A DNA stretch of 60,144 nt, counting the filler. It is 7 parts of 7 records of this genome, joined end to end, with 100 filler letters (N's around TTAATTAATTAA, not from the genome) between each part and the next. Parts side by side here need not be neighbours in the genome. Positions count along the whole stretch, not along the records: positions 28,886 to 36,613 come from SRR31147125_634; positions 36,714 to 47,102 come from SRR31147125_649; 5 more parts are not named here. One strand, 5' to 3'. The notes beneath the pieces are model-generated. The model worked only from the letters and a program-made list of their open reading frames with translations. It did no database searches and was not told the DNA's origin. Below, piece after piece: positions 31,740 to 42,289 of the stretch. Within the stretch, counting starts at the first letter, position 1. Each line of letters starts with the position of its first letter. The translations under genes and the position numbers were made by a program.

Positions 31740-32888
31740 CTACCTCCTTCCGTATTTTCGGAACAGATAAATTATAATTCCAATTGTGATTAGTATAATT
31801 AGTATTCCAATCCAACCCCAAATCATCGGAGTTTTTACCATTACGCGGAAAGCTATCTTGGATTCAGCCTCTGGAGTTTTGGCTGTAATATTTGTAATGT
31901 AATCACCAGCAATTGCCTTTTTATCAGCTTTTATTTTTACATCTACATTTGTAACACTACCAGGTTCTATTATAGGAAGTTCTTCGGGATCGAATGTCAC
32001 TTCCCACCCTGATGGTTTTGATGACATTAATTTAACATCTGTTAACCTGGCAGATCCTGTATTCTTCACAATTAAGTTCACAATTTTTTCATCGCCAGCA
32101 GTAAGCTTGGTACTAACAAGCCCCCTTGGCGTTGTTAGTTCTAATTCAAAATTACCTGTAACGATAACCTCAAGTTCTAATTCAGCAGATGTTGCGTTGG
32201 TTGTTGCACTCACCGGTATCTTATATGTACCTGCCGGTATACTTTGTGGCGGTTTTATTTCTATGCTTATATCTTTTGCAGTGTTTGGCTCAATTTCTAC
32301 CGATGTAGCTTGCTGATAATTTGGCTTAAACGTAACCCTCCATCCGCGTGGAGCTCTATGTTTAAGGGCGTATAACTGTTTCTCACCGGTTCTGTTCTTT
32401 AAATTTGTTTTGAACGTAAAATTAGACTTGGAATGGCCTTCCATGTTAACCTGTTCGGTTGTAAATTCAGTTTTATAAGAACCCTGCTTCGAAACATTTA
32501 CTATTAATGGTAAAACAGCACTTCCGGCTTTTACTTTAATGCTATAGTTGCCCTTGTTTACTTTTAAGGGCACCTCTACTTTTAGTGATAATTTTTTCTT
32601 TTCGCCAGGCAATACTGAAATCTGCTGAACATTGTACGAACCAGATTGCAACGTATAATCCCAGGTTTTAGGAACTCCGGAAATTAAAACATCTAAGTTT
32701 TGAACCGTTTCACTGTTATTGATTACATCAATACTATAATCAATAGACTCACCGGGCGGAACAGAGATTTTTGTATTGGTAGTGTATAAGGTAACATTGT
32801 TTTGAGCTAATGCGATTTGGTTGGTTAATGTTATTATTCCAATTACTGAAGATAATAACATACGAAAAACAAGTCTTTGTGTTATCAT
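31740..32888 (-). CDS. NEW3 (NPCBM-associated)/COG1470-type Ig-like repeat protein with C-terminal TM anchor
   Basis: Signal peptide; three repeats of the V.N.....P.GW...F.P type; C-terminal TM followed by RKYGRR. Confidence 0.8.
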   Translation of the reverse strand: MITQRLVFRMLLSSVIGIITLTNQIALAQNNVTLYTTNTKISVPPGESIDYSIDVINNSETVQNLDVLISGVPKTWDYTLQSGSYNVQQISVLPGEKKKLSLKVEVPLKVNKGNYSIKVKAGSAVLPLIVNVSKQGSYKTEFTTEQVNMEGHSKSNFTFKTNLKNRTGEKQLYALKHRAPRGWRVTFKPNYQQATSVEIEPNTAKDISIEIKPPQSIPAGTYKIPVSATTNATSAELELEVIVTGNFELELTTPRGLVSTKLTAGDEKIVNLIVKNTGSARLTDVKLMSSKPSGWEVTFDPEELPIIEPGSVTNVDVKIKADKKAIAGDYITNITAKTPEAESKIAFRVMVKTPMIWGWIGILIILITIGIIIYLFRKYGRR

Positions 32889-32927
32889 ATCTACTTCTCC
32901 TATTAATTAGTTGGTTAAACAACGCGG

Positions 32928-32935
32928 CAAAAATA
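32928..32935 (-). promoter_or_regulatory. Bacteroidota-type -7 promoter element
   Basis: TATTTTTG(C) matches TAnnTTTG about 40 nt upstream of the NEW3 gene. Confidence 0.4.
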
Positions 32936-33092
32936 AAAATCAAGTTTTTTTCTGCAATGGCAGGATGCGTATGACACACTTGTATTTTAAAATAAATCTA
33001 AGTAAATCAATGAATTATTTGAGTGTTAAAAAATGTTAAGAGATATAAAACAATCCAACTATTCACAAATAAACATAAAGTCTAATAAATAA

Positions 33093-33121
33093 CAAACATC
33101 TGAACAGAATCCAGATGTTTG
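33093..33121 (-). terminator. Probable terminator after the OmpA-family gene
   Basis: CAAACATCTG / CAGATGTTTG inverted repeat about 40 nt past the stop at 33160. Confidence 0.55.
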
Positions 33122-33159
33122 CAATCATAATCTAAGAAAATTCTTTCCGGAAATCGTTT

Positions 33160-35403
33160 CTAGTAATTAACAACCGTTATTTCTGTACGTCTGTTTGCTT
33201 GGTGTTCATCTTCTGAACATTCTATGCCATTTACGCACCGGTTCTTAAGTCTTGTTTCGCCATAACCTTTTGCTGAAATCCTACTTCTGGCTATTCCCTG
33301 GCTTACAATATAATTTACGGCAGACTCAGCCCTTTTTGCGATAATACCTGATTATAACTGTCCGATCCTCTCGAGTCTGTATGTGAGCCAAGTTCAAGGG
33401 AAATATTCATGTAGTCTTTCATAAACTCAACTATCTTATCAAGCTCTATGGCAGCATCCGGTCTAATATTCCATTTATCTAAATCATAATAAATATTCGG
33501 GATTTCAATAGATTTTCCAACAGCAATTTCTTCCATCTCTGCCTCAATATATTCCTCTACATTTATCCAACCCGGTTCCATATCTTTTGTTGATATCTTT
33601 CCGTGCTTCGTGAAGTAACCCTCTTTCTTAAATACGATATCGTAGTCTGTCTCTGGTAATAAAAGCTGCCTGAATTTACCGTAATCATCCGTAATTTTGG
33701 TTACATCTTGCTTTCCACTCCTGGCAGTGATTATAACATCTACATCCTTTATTCCTTCCCTGGTTTCTTTTTGGTAAATTAAGCCATAAACGCCCCATTG
33801 CTTAATTTCATCAAGGTAGATATCAACGTAATATTTTGAGCCTTCAACTTTAGTTTTGTCTACAAATATTTGCTCTTCTGCTCGTTCGAAACTATCCTTT
33901 GCAGCATTTATTTTCAAATAGATATCTGGCGATACCAACAACTCAAAATTTCCATTCTCATTACTAATTGTGTCAAGCATTTTTATCTGTCCATCATCAA
34001 AAACGTTGACACTAGTATTGGGTAAAATGGTACTGTCTTCGCTGCTCTTCGTTGTTCCAATTAATGTTAACAAGGGTGAATGTTTATTTACAAACTCGAA
34101 CCTGTAAATATCATCATCTCCCGCGCCACCTGCTCTGTTAGAAGCTATATAACCATAGGCACCACCTTTTTTTAAGGTAAAAGCTAAAATCGTCATAAGA
34201 ACTATTTAACGGGTACCCCATATTAATAACAGCATAGTTACCCGGTGAATATTCTGCTGCCATAAAAATATCTAACCCACCAATTCCTAACAGACCATTT
34301 GATGAGAAATACAGGAAGCCCTCTTCATCAAAGAACGGGAACATTTCTTCACCTTCTGTATTAATATCCGGGCCCAGGTTAACAGGTTCAGACCAGGTTG
34401 AATCTATTCTTTTGATGTAATAAATATCAGAACCTCCATATCCTCCAGGCATATCTGAGGCAAAAAACAAAGTAGAATTATCGGGTGAAATGGCTGGATG
34501 TCCACATGAGTAATCTATACTATTAAAAGGAAACTCCTGTAGCTTCTCCCACTCTATACCAGTTCTTTTTGCATGATAGAGCATGAAGTGGTTTTCATCG
34601 TCTTCACCCTTCTTTGGAATCCCATTTTGAAAATTGTTGCGTGTAACAAATACCTCTTCCCCGTTCGGACTGTAACAAATTGGTCCATCGTGATACCGTG
34701 AGTTAACTCCTGTTGACAATAGGCGAATTTTGTTATTTGGTATTGAGCTATCAATTGATGTAGTAAAAACATCCAGATACGGATCCCCTTTCCAGGGATA
34801 TATAAATTGAATAAATGTTGGGTCTGGTCTTCCTGATGTGAAAATTATTTGGTCATCAAGCTCTATGGCACCAAAATCAGGGTATCTCGTATTGAAATAA
34901 ACAGGTTCTAAAATATAATCTTCACTTCGCTTTAATTCTCTTGCGAATCGTGCTGATTCTAATTGCAAGGTAGCCCGCGAATCATTCTCATTCAATTCTT
35001 TATATTTTGAAATCCACTTATCTGCCTCTATATATTTTTCATTGTATTTTAACGATTGTACATAGAGATAAATGTCTTCTGCTGTTGCTTCATTATTCTC
35101 AACAAGCATATTAAAATGTTCTTCTGCTTTTACCGGATCATTAATTTTGTAATAAGAAATTGCCAAATTCCGGCGTACAGATGCCGGGGAGAATCCCTTT
35201 GCAATTAGCTTCTCATATTTTTCAATTGCCTCAATATATGCCAAGCCATCGAATTTTTTATCAGCCTGTTTGTGTATTATATTGGTAAAGAGGGAGCCAG
35301 AACCTTCATCATCTTTTTCTACTGGATTGCCATTTGCACCAATTGCAACAATACAGAAAATTCCAATTAAAATATAGGGTAAATTCTTAGTAAACATTTT
35401 CAT
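33160..35403 (-). CDS. PorE-like OmpA-family protein (TPR, PD40/WD40, carboxypeptidase-regulatory-like, OmpA_C), ~747 aa, with frameshifts at 34167-34173 and 33333-33337
   Basis: PD40 motifs (LFFASDMPGGYGGSDIY, GGLDIF). OmpA_C NIYYDLDK, SHTDSRG, and in the shifted frame RAESAV..GYGE..NRRTE, ending at 33160. Confidence 0.88.
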
Positions 35404-35415
35404 TTTTTTTGATGG

Positions 35416-36345
35416 TTAGAAATAACGTGGTGATTTCACTTTTTCTTTGCGGAAGCCGGCAAAATCGAAGCTTAAGAGAATCTCATGCCCGCCATTTGTT
35501 ACATGATCCATTTCTGAAATTGTAATGTCGTACGAGTAGCCAACAATTATTTGACTTGTTACCTGCATTTCAAATAACAATGAAATGGCATCTCCAACCC
35601 GGTATGTTGTCCCTAACCAAAGTTGATCTTTAAATACTGCCTGTGCAGTAAGATCAACAGATGGTGTGACACCATCAACAAATTTTGCCAGGAAAGAAGG
35701 CTTAAACTTAAAATCCTCGCTCATATCAAAAACATAACCCGATGTAACAAAATAATGTAGTTTTAATTTGCTTTGAACATCTGTAACAGTATTATTATAT
35801 AATTCTGATTTCAATAGTTTTGGAACAGAAAACCCAAAATAATATTTATTGGTATAGAGGTACATCCCGGTTCCAAAATTTGGTTGTAAGTTCTTACTGT
35901 AATCACGATCAAAAGAATTATCTACCTCATTTACTGATAATGAAGCAAGACCTACATAATAGTTGTAAATCCCACCCTTTATCCCTAACGAAAGTGTAAG
36001 GTTATCGGTGAGTGTTACCCGGTGTGCATAATTCAAATTAAAGTATGTATTGGTTACAGGTCCAATATTATCTGCAATCAGTGATGCACCTAATCCCATT
36101 CTTCTATCCTTAATGGGTGAATGCAATGCAAATGTATGGGATCTTGGAGCCCCATCAAGGCCAACCCATTGCAGCCTGGAGAGCATGAGCGCGTTTAATG
36201 CATCGCGTGTACCCGTATAGGCGGGGTTTACAGCCATCATATTAAACATGTATTGAGAATATTGAGGCTCCTGTTGTGCGTTTGTAGTTTTCAATGTACA
36301 GAAAACCAATAGTATTGTTGCTGCTGATTTTATTAAATTCTTCAT
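35416..36345 (-). CDS. Type IX secretion system PorP/SprF-family membrane protein
   Basis: QQEPQYSQYMFN...NPAYTG, QWVGL.GAP, GYSYD, GGHE, C-terminal SPRYF. Confidence 0.93.
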   Translation of the reverse strand: MKNLIKSAATILLVFCTLKTTNAQQEPQYSQYMFNMMAVNPAYTGTRDALNALMLSRLQWVGLDGAPRSHTFALHSPIKDRRMGLGASLIADNIGPVTNTYFNLNYAHRVTLTDNLTLSLGIKGGIYNYYVGLASLSVNEVDNSFDRDYSKNLQPNFGTGMYLYTNKYYFGFSVPKLLKSELYNNTVTDVQSKLKLHYFVTSGYVFDMSEDFKFKPSFLAKFVDGVTPSVDLTAQAVFKDQLWLGTTYRVGDAISLLFEMQVTSQIIVGYSYDITISEMDHVTNGGHEILLSFDFAGFRKEKVKSPRYF

Positions 36346-36360
36346 TTTGATTCTTTGTTT

Positions 36361-36612
36361 TTAGCGATTCAGGTAAACATAACCGGTTAATCGTTCATTG
36401 TGATCATTTATTATGACATGATAGAAATACGTGCCAGTAGGCAAGTCTTTTCCATTTGCCATATTAGAATTTGATTTTCCATCCCAATCGTTAGCATAAC
36501 GGTTATTTTCATATACAATATTACCCCACCTGTTGAATATTAAAATTGAAACTCTATCGTATTGCTCTATACCTGGTATTACAAAATAATCATTTACACC
36601 ATCATTGTTAGG
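36361..36612 (-). CDS. 3' end of a T9SS substrate with a type B (gliding-motility/CHU_C) C-terminal domain
   Basis: Manual translation PNNDGVNDYFVI...IFNRWG.....WDG.....LPTGTYFY.....GYVYLNR*; directly upstream of PorP/SprF. Confidence 0.9.
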   Translation of the reverse strand, partial: PNNDGVNDYFVIPGIEQYDRVSILIFNRWGNIVYENNRYANDWDGKSNSNMANGKDLPTGTYFYHVIINDHNERLTGYVYLNR

Positions 36613-36613
36613 G

Positions 36614-36713
36614 NNNNNNNNNNNNNNNNNNNNNNNNNNNNNNNNNNNNNNNNNNNNTTAATTAATTAANNNNNNNNNNNNNNNNNNNNNNNNNNNNNNN
36701 NNNNNNNNNNNNN
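36614..36713. other. Artificial contig spacer
   Basis: N44-TTAATTAATTAA-N44. Confidence 0.99.
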
Positions 36714-36780
36714 TTTTTATTTGGATAAGATTTTTATAGATAACTCATAAGATATGAAGGTTGTTTACAAATGCTATGAT

Positions 36781-38056
36781 CTATTTACATTCAGCCTCAA
36801 AGATGTATATTTGTTCGTCTGTGATTGAACTGTCATCAATTTGAATCATGCGTCTATCGTGAAGTTTGAAAAAAGCAAATAAACATAAGATTCTTGTGAT
36901 AATTATAAGTGCTTCTAAATAGAGCAGTATTGTATAATGATGATGTACATAAATAAATGAAACAATCAATGAAAAGATGGGTAGTGTGGCATAGCATAAT
37001 AAATAAAATGTATATTTAATATGTTTTTGAAACAAAATAACGACAATAGTTGTAAGTAATACCGATTGAAATAAGAACATAACATGACTAGAATAACTAT
37101 AGTACTTCCATAACTTTATGACTGTATCCATGCTAAAAAAATAAGGGGTCATAGTACCTAATACATGCATTACATATGATGCAATTCCTGAGATGATGAA
37201 AACAATTATAAAGATTTTAATTTAAATAAGTAGTTTCTTTATTTGAGGTAAAGATTTTTTTATATAAAAATATACTGCAAGGAAACTAAAAGCTTGTAGT
37301 AGAGTCATATCTAATGCAAAATACTGTAAAACTTCATATAGTTTATAAAAGTCACTGGCTAAATAGAGTGTATAATTAAAGACCTGTTGTGTATAAAAAT
37401 ATTTATGATTGCCATGGGTATGGAATAAATGATTGGAATGATTAAAAACAAGCTAGCGTTTTTTGTGAGTCCTCTCATTCTTTTAGAGGCATATAGCATA
37501 TCTTCATCATAGTGATTTTTTTCATAAAAAGAAATAATATATAGATGCATAATAAATTGAAAAGTGATAGTAAAATAATGAAAAGATGACAATGTTTGTA
37601 AATATTTTTTTTCGATATATATGAATGGGTTCATTGATAAACTTATAGCTAGCATAAACTCGATGTTTGTGAAGTTGGTAAACAAAAATAATACCACCGA
37701 TCAGTAATAAAGTGGATGTGTTGTTATACGTTATCTTTAAAGATGCAACTTGTTGTGATGCACTGTAAAAATGAATGGCAAAAGCACCATAGAGCATTAA
37801 AAGAAATGATACACCTAAAAATTTTTCATATTGTTGTTCAATGCGTTCATCATGGCATGACGATAAAGGATACCTTTACCGATATATATACAATGAAAGC
37901 AATAAATAAAATAAATCCTTCTACAAGATAATTGTAAAACATAGGGACTTCATTAAGTACTTTAATGATTAAAAACATGAGTGTAATGATTGATATGATA
38001 AAGAGTATTTTCCCTTAAATTTTATTTAATGTTTGTTAAATTCTTTCATCTTTCAT
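36781..38056 (-). pseudogene. Degraded polytopic membrane protein gene(s) downstream of an XRE regulator
   Basis: ATG at 38056 overlaps the HTH gene end and reads MKDERI*QTLNKI*GKILFII... (in-frame TAA). Hydrophobic fragments continue in shifting frames (37522..37797, 37359..37697, 36781..37170). Confidence 0.55.
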
Positions 38057-38252
38057 CTGCGTTCCCCTTCCAAAACAATTCATCTAAAGTCGTGTTTAAT
38101 GCTTTACAAATTGCAATACAAAGTTTAAGAGAAGGATTATACTTTTCCTGTTCAATGAGTACGATTGTTTGTCTAGAAACTTGTATGCTTTTAGCTAAGT
38201 CTGCTTGTGACATATTAAGCAATGCACGTTTTGCTTTCATTTTATGATTCAT
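38046..38252 (-). CDS. XRE/Cro-family HTH transcriptional regulator
   Basis: SQADLA....VSRQTI..IE..KYNPSL.L. Confidence 0.92.
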   Translation of the reverse strand: MNHKMKAKRALLNMSQADLAKSIQVSRQTIVLIEQEKYNPSLKLCIAICKALNTTLDELFWKGNADER

Positions 38253-38410
38253 GTAAACACCTCATGCACATTATACATTATATAAGACAAAATGTAAAAT
38301 ATATATGACATTTATGGTGAAATAGACTATCTTTTCTAAAGCCGCGTGGGACAAGATGATGCTTTGTGATATAATAAAACAAATAAAATGAGTAAAAATG
38401 GGGGATATAT

Positions 38411-39463
38411 ATGAAAAAAATAATAATCATTGCTATCATTTTAATAGCATTAATGAGTTTGTCTAGCTGTACACTCAAAAGTAATTATCAGACATTAAAT
38501 GAGAAAATTAACGAAATTGATTTTGAAGAAACTGGCTATGTGATGATTTCATATGATGAGATTATTGATGGTGATACAAGATATACGAATTCAGATATAT
38601 TATCTGATATACTTGTTCAACAAGAGATAGACGCGGTTCATATAGGGTACAACTGTAAAGTAAGCAAAACTTTGATGTTTGTTTTTGTCAATTATTATAA
38701 AGAAAATGATAACAATAGATATCAAACACTCGTGGTTTATGATTTTGTGCATCATTTGACAATATATGTTGAATCATTATTAACTATTGAGAAGGGTGAT
38801 CAAAATATTTATCAATACATGATTGATGATGCATCAAATTATATACTTTTAAATCAACAAGACGATATCGTATATATTTATAAATACACAGATAGTGAAG
38901 TCAAAAAAGATGAATATGTTCTTTCGGACACGTCTGAGATTACAAGTATGATGACATTGACAACTTATAACCATATATTTATAAGATATTCGATTGAAAA
39001 TGAAGAGTATAAGGTCATAGATGCAATAGATTATGAACATCAAAAACTATATGAGGGTTATTTAAATATAGATTTAATCAATGAAAAGAAAACACTAAAT
39101 ATTAATCATCAAGGCACTGAATATATTGTCGATATTGATGATCATTATATATTATCAATTAAAGATTTAGCATATCAAACATATTTTGAAAGTGAAATCA
39201 TTGAACTATATGATTCATCAAATGTTGGTCAACAGGTAAAAGAAATATGTGCAAAATTAGATATTGATGATGAACCTGAAGATTTTGATTATTTTTTAAC
39301 GGAAAAAGATATTTATGTGTTATTTAGATTTAGAGGAGGACTGTTTATGAAAAATAGTTTTTTTGGAAAAACACCATATTTAATTTTTAGGTTTGACTTT
39401 GATACATTACAATTGATATATATTGGACTAGAAGATGGATTACATGGGATTTATCATGAATAA
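38411..39463 (+). CDS. Hypothetical lipoprotein
   Basis: MKK, hydrophobic stretch, LSSC lipobox; 350 aa, acidic. Confidence 0.7.
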   Translation: MKKIIIIAIILIALMSLSSCTLKSNYQTLNEKINEIDFEETGYVMISYDEIIDGDTRYTNSDILSDILVQQEIDAVHIGYNCKVSKTLMFVFVNYYKENDNNRYQTLVVYDFVHHLTIYVESLLTIEKGDQNIYQYMIDDASNYILLNQQDDIVYIYKYTDSEVKKDEYVLSDTSEITSMMTLTTYNHIFIRYSIENEEYKVIDAIDYEHQKLYEGYLNIDLINEKKTLNINHQGTEYIVDIDDHYILSIKDLAYQTYFESEIIELYDSSNVGQQVKEICAKLDIDDEPEDFDYFLTEKDIYVLFRFRGGLFMKNSFFGKTPYLIFRFDFDTLQLIYIGLEDGLHGIYHE

Positions 39464-39519
39464 TCATGTATAATAAGTATATAAAATAATGAAAGACTTA
39501 AAGAGAAAGAAGTGGAAAT

Positions 39520-40512
39520 ATGTATATTGCAAATAAAGACAGATATAAAAAAATGACATATAAACGTGTTGGTGAAAGTGGGTTATTATTACCGCAATTA
39601 TCACTTGGTTTTTGGCAAAACTTTGGCGAGGAAAAACCTTTTGAAGATGTTAAAGAGATCGTACTTGCTGCATTTGATCATGGGATTACACATTTTGATT
39701 TAGCCAATAATTATGGAATGCCTGCAGGTAGTGCTGAAAGCAATTTAGGAAAAATTTTATCAAACGAATTAAAGCCATATCGTGATGAACTCATTATTTC
39801 AACAAAAGCAGGTTATTTTATGTGGGATGGTCCATATGGCAATATGGGAAGTAGAAAATATTTATTTGCTTCGCTCAACCAATCACTTAAAAGATTACAA
39901 CTAGATTATGTAGATATTTTTTATCATCATCGCCCTGATTATGATACACCTTTAGAAGAAACAATGAAAGCTCTAGCTGATATTGTACATATGGGAAAAG
40001 CACTTTATGTAGGTATTAGTAATTATCCAGCTGATCGTGCAAGAGAAGCTAAAAAGTTATTGAAATCATATGGTGTGGATTTACTGATTACACAACCAAG
40101 TTTTTCAATGTTTAACAGATGGATTCAAGATGAAGGTTTAGTGGATGCAATGATTGAAGAAGGTGTTGGTATCATACCTTTTAGTATATTAGCGCAAGGT
40201 TTACTTACAAATAAATATTTAAATGGTATTCCAAGTGATTCTCGTGCAGGCAAAAAAGATGTGCCTTTCTTAAATGAAAAAGATATTACAGAAGATGTAT
40301 TAATAAAGGTTAGAAAACTCAATGATATCGCTAAAAAAAGAGGTCAGACTCTTGCAGAAATGACAGTGAGTTGGACATGTCAAACAAGGGGTATTACATC
40401 TGTATTACTAGGTGTAAGTAAAATTTATCAATTGATGAGTAACTTAAAAGCATTAGAAAACTTATCATTTACAGATGAAGAATTAAGAGAAATTGAAGAC
40501 ATATTAAAATAA
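39520..40512 (+). CDS. gpr: Aldo/keto reductase, L-glyceraldehyde-3-phosphate reductase (YghZ/Gpr) type
   Basis: LSLGFWQNFG, THFDLANNYG, STKAGY.MW.GPYG, DIFYHHRPD. Confidence 0.88.
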   Translation: MYIANKDRYKKMTYKRVGESGLLLPQLSLGFWQNFGEEKPFEDVKEIVLAAFDHGITHFDLANNYGMPAGSAESNLGKILSNELKPYRDELIISTKAGYFMWDGPYGNMGSRKYLFASLNQSLKRLQLDYVDIFYHHRPDYDTPLEETMKALADIVHMGKALYVGISNYPADRAREAKKLLKSYGVDLLITQPSFSMFNRWIQDEGLVDAMIEEGVGIIPFSILAQGLLTNKYLNGIPSDSRAGKKDVPFLNEKDITEDVLIKVRKLNDIAKKRGQTLAEMTVSWTCQTRGITSVLLGVSKIYQLMSNLKALENLSFTDEELREIEDILK

Positions 40513-40627
40513 CTAGATGGTGAGCCTTTCATTTAGATTTTAATCTAAAATTTTGATATCACGATTTTTGATTATTTTAATATATACATGATGAAATATG
40601 ACAAAAGACATTTAAAATGAGGTTTTT

Positions 40628-41143
40628 ATGATACGTAAACATATATTATATAATCAAGCACAAAGACATTTACTCATAGGTTTTATACTTGTTTTGGCAA
40701 GTTTAGTATTGCTTTTAACATTTCCTATTTTCCAAATAAAATTTGAAACACCTATGCTTTTTGATATAAGTGATGTCTATCATGGGTATCAAATATTTTT
40801 TGATGGCGATACATATCACATGATATTAGATGGACAAGGTTTAAATCGTTTATTTGTGATGTTTGCTATTTTTTTCATATTATTCTTTGTGACATTTTTT
40901 AGACAAAGAGATCGTTATGTGTTAATTATTATACTCATGATTTCTTCATTAATATTATTTGGTAATATTATGGATTTATCTAGATTTTTAGATATTGGAG
41001 AAGATTTAAGATTATACATTAAAGCATTTCATCCAAATGATGCGTCAAGTTTTAAATTAAACAATGCAGGTGCTACAGGTATTGCAGCTATATTAAATTT
41101 TATTGCCTTTTTCATATATTGCATTGTTTTAATTGAAGATTGA
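40628..41143 (+). CDS. Hypothetical membrane protein
   Basis: 171 aa, about four TM segments, GAGG RBS, followed by a terminator. Confidence 0.7.
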   Translation: MIRKHILYNQAQRHLLIGFILVLASLVLLLTFPIFQIKFETPMLFDISDVYHGYQIFFDGDTYHMILDGQGLNRLFVMFAIFFILFFVTFFRQRDRYVLIIILMISSLILFGNIMDLSRFLDIGEDLRLYIKAFHPNDASSFKLNNAGATGIAAILNFIAFFIYCIVLIED

Positions 41144-41171
41144 TATCCATAAAAAATTGTGAAATAATACT

Positions 41172-41199
41172 AAACTCTACAAATTGTAGAGTTTTTTTT
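41172..41199 (+). terminator. Rho-independent terminator
   Basis: AAACTCTACA / TGTAGAGTTT hairpin followed by a T-run. Confidence 0.75.
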
Positions 41200-41207
41200 A
41201 TTTAGTT

Positions 41208-41272
41208 TGTCATAAATTGTATAAGATATGTCATAAATTGTGGTTTAATTGTCGCAAATATTTATATATAAT
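41208..41272 (+). promoter_or_regulatory. Three 21-bp-spaced direct repeats (putative AraC sites) and a -10 box upstream of the SDR operon
   Basis: TGTCATAAATTGT at 41208 and 41229, TGTCGCAAATATT at 41250, TATAAT at 41267-41272. Confidence 0.65.
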
Positions 41273-41317
41273 GAATGCATATCAAACAATATAGATTCAA
41301 ATAAGGAGATTTAGAAA

Positions 41318-42271
41318 ATGAAAAAAGATAATCAATTTGGTCCTCAAGGATGGACACCGGACCGTATAAAGACTTTAAAAGGTAAAACATATGTGATAAC
41401 AGGGGCAACAAGTGGTACAGGATTTGAAGCTGCAAAAATACTTGCTTCAAAAGATGCAAAAGTTGTGATGCTAAATAGAAATCCTAAAAAATCAGTTCAA
41501 GTCATTGAAACAATAAAACAAGCATTGGGTAAAGAAGTTGATCTTTCATTTATTACAATGGATTTATCTATTCAAGATTCAATCAAAGAAGCAACTCAAT
41601 CAGTACTTTCACAATTGGATCGAATTGATGCATTAATATGTAATGGTGCAATCGCTCAAGTACCACAAAGGAAACTGACTGTCGATGGTTATGAAAGCCA
41701 ATTAGGCGTGAATCACTATGGACATTTCACACTTCAAGCACTACTCTATCCATTGATTGAAAAATCATCTGGTCGAATTGTAGTTGTTGGTAGTCTCGGT
41801 TACAATATGGGGTTAAAAACCATTAATTTTGATGATATGAATTGGGATAAGAAGTATACTGGGAATCTTGCGTATAGTCAAAGTAAGCTTGCACAAATCA
41901 TGTCTGTATATGCATTACAAGATAAATTAAAAGTAGCAGGAAAGAAAAATGTAAAAGTTTATGCTTGTCACCCAGGTTCATCAAGAACGTCACTGATTAA
42001 AACAAGTGGATCTAAATTTATGAGATTTTCTTTTTGGCTTATGACTAAATCACCATTAACACAATCAGCTGTTTTAGGTGCTTATCCAGAACTTATGTGT
42101 GCAACAGAAGAAGACTTAGATCAAGAAGCGTTTTATGGGCCAACTGGTCGTTCTAATTGGGTAGGTCCAGTAGGTGCACATCATATAGAAGCACATGCGA
42201 AAGATAAGGCAGTTGCAAAAAAATTATGGGAAATATCAGAACAAGCAACAAATATAAAATGGAAATTTTAA
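41318..42271 (+). CDS. Short-chain dehydrogenase/reductase (retinol-dehydrogenase-like)
   Basis: TGATSGTG, NHYGHF, YSQSK, CHPG. Confidence 0.92.
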   Translation: MKKDNQFGPQGWTPDRIKTLKGKTYVITGATSGTGFEAAKILASKDAKVVMLNRNPKKSVQVIETIKQALGKEVDLSFITMDLSIQDSIKEATQSVLSQLDRIDALICNGAIAQVPQRKLTVDGYESQLGVNHYGHFTLQALLYPLIEKSSGRIVVVGSLGYNMGLKTINFDDMNWDKKYTGNLAYSQSKLAQIMSVYALQDKLKVAGKKNVKVYACHPGSSRTSLIKTSGSKFMRFSFWLMTKSPLTQSAVLGAYPELMCATEEDLDQEAFYGPTGRSNWVGPVGAHHIEAHAKDKAVAKKLWEISEQATNIKWKF

Positions 42272-42289
42272 GAAAGTAGGTAAAGTATA

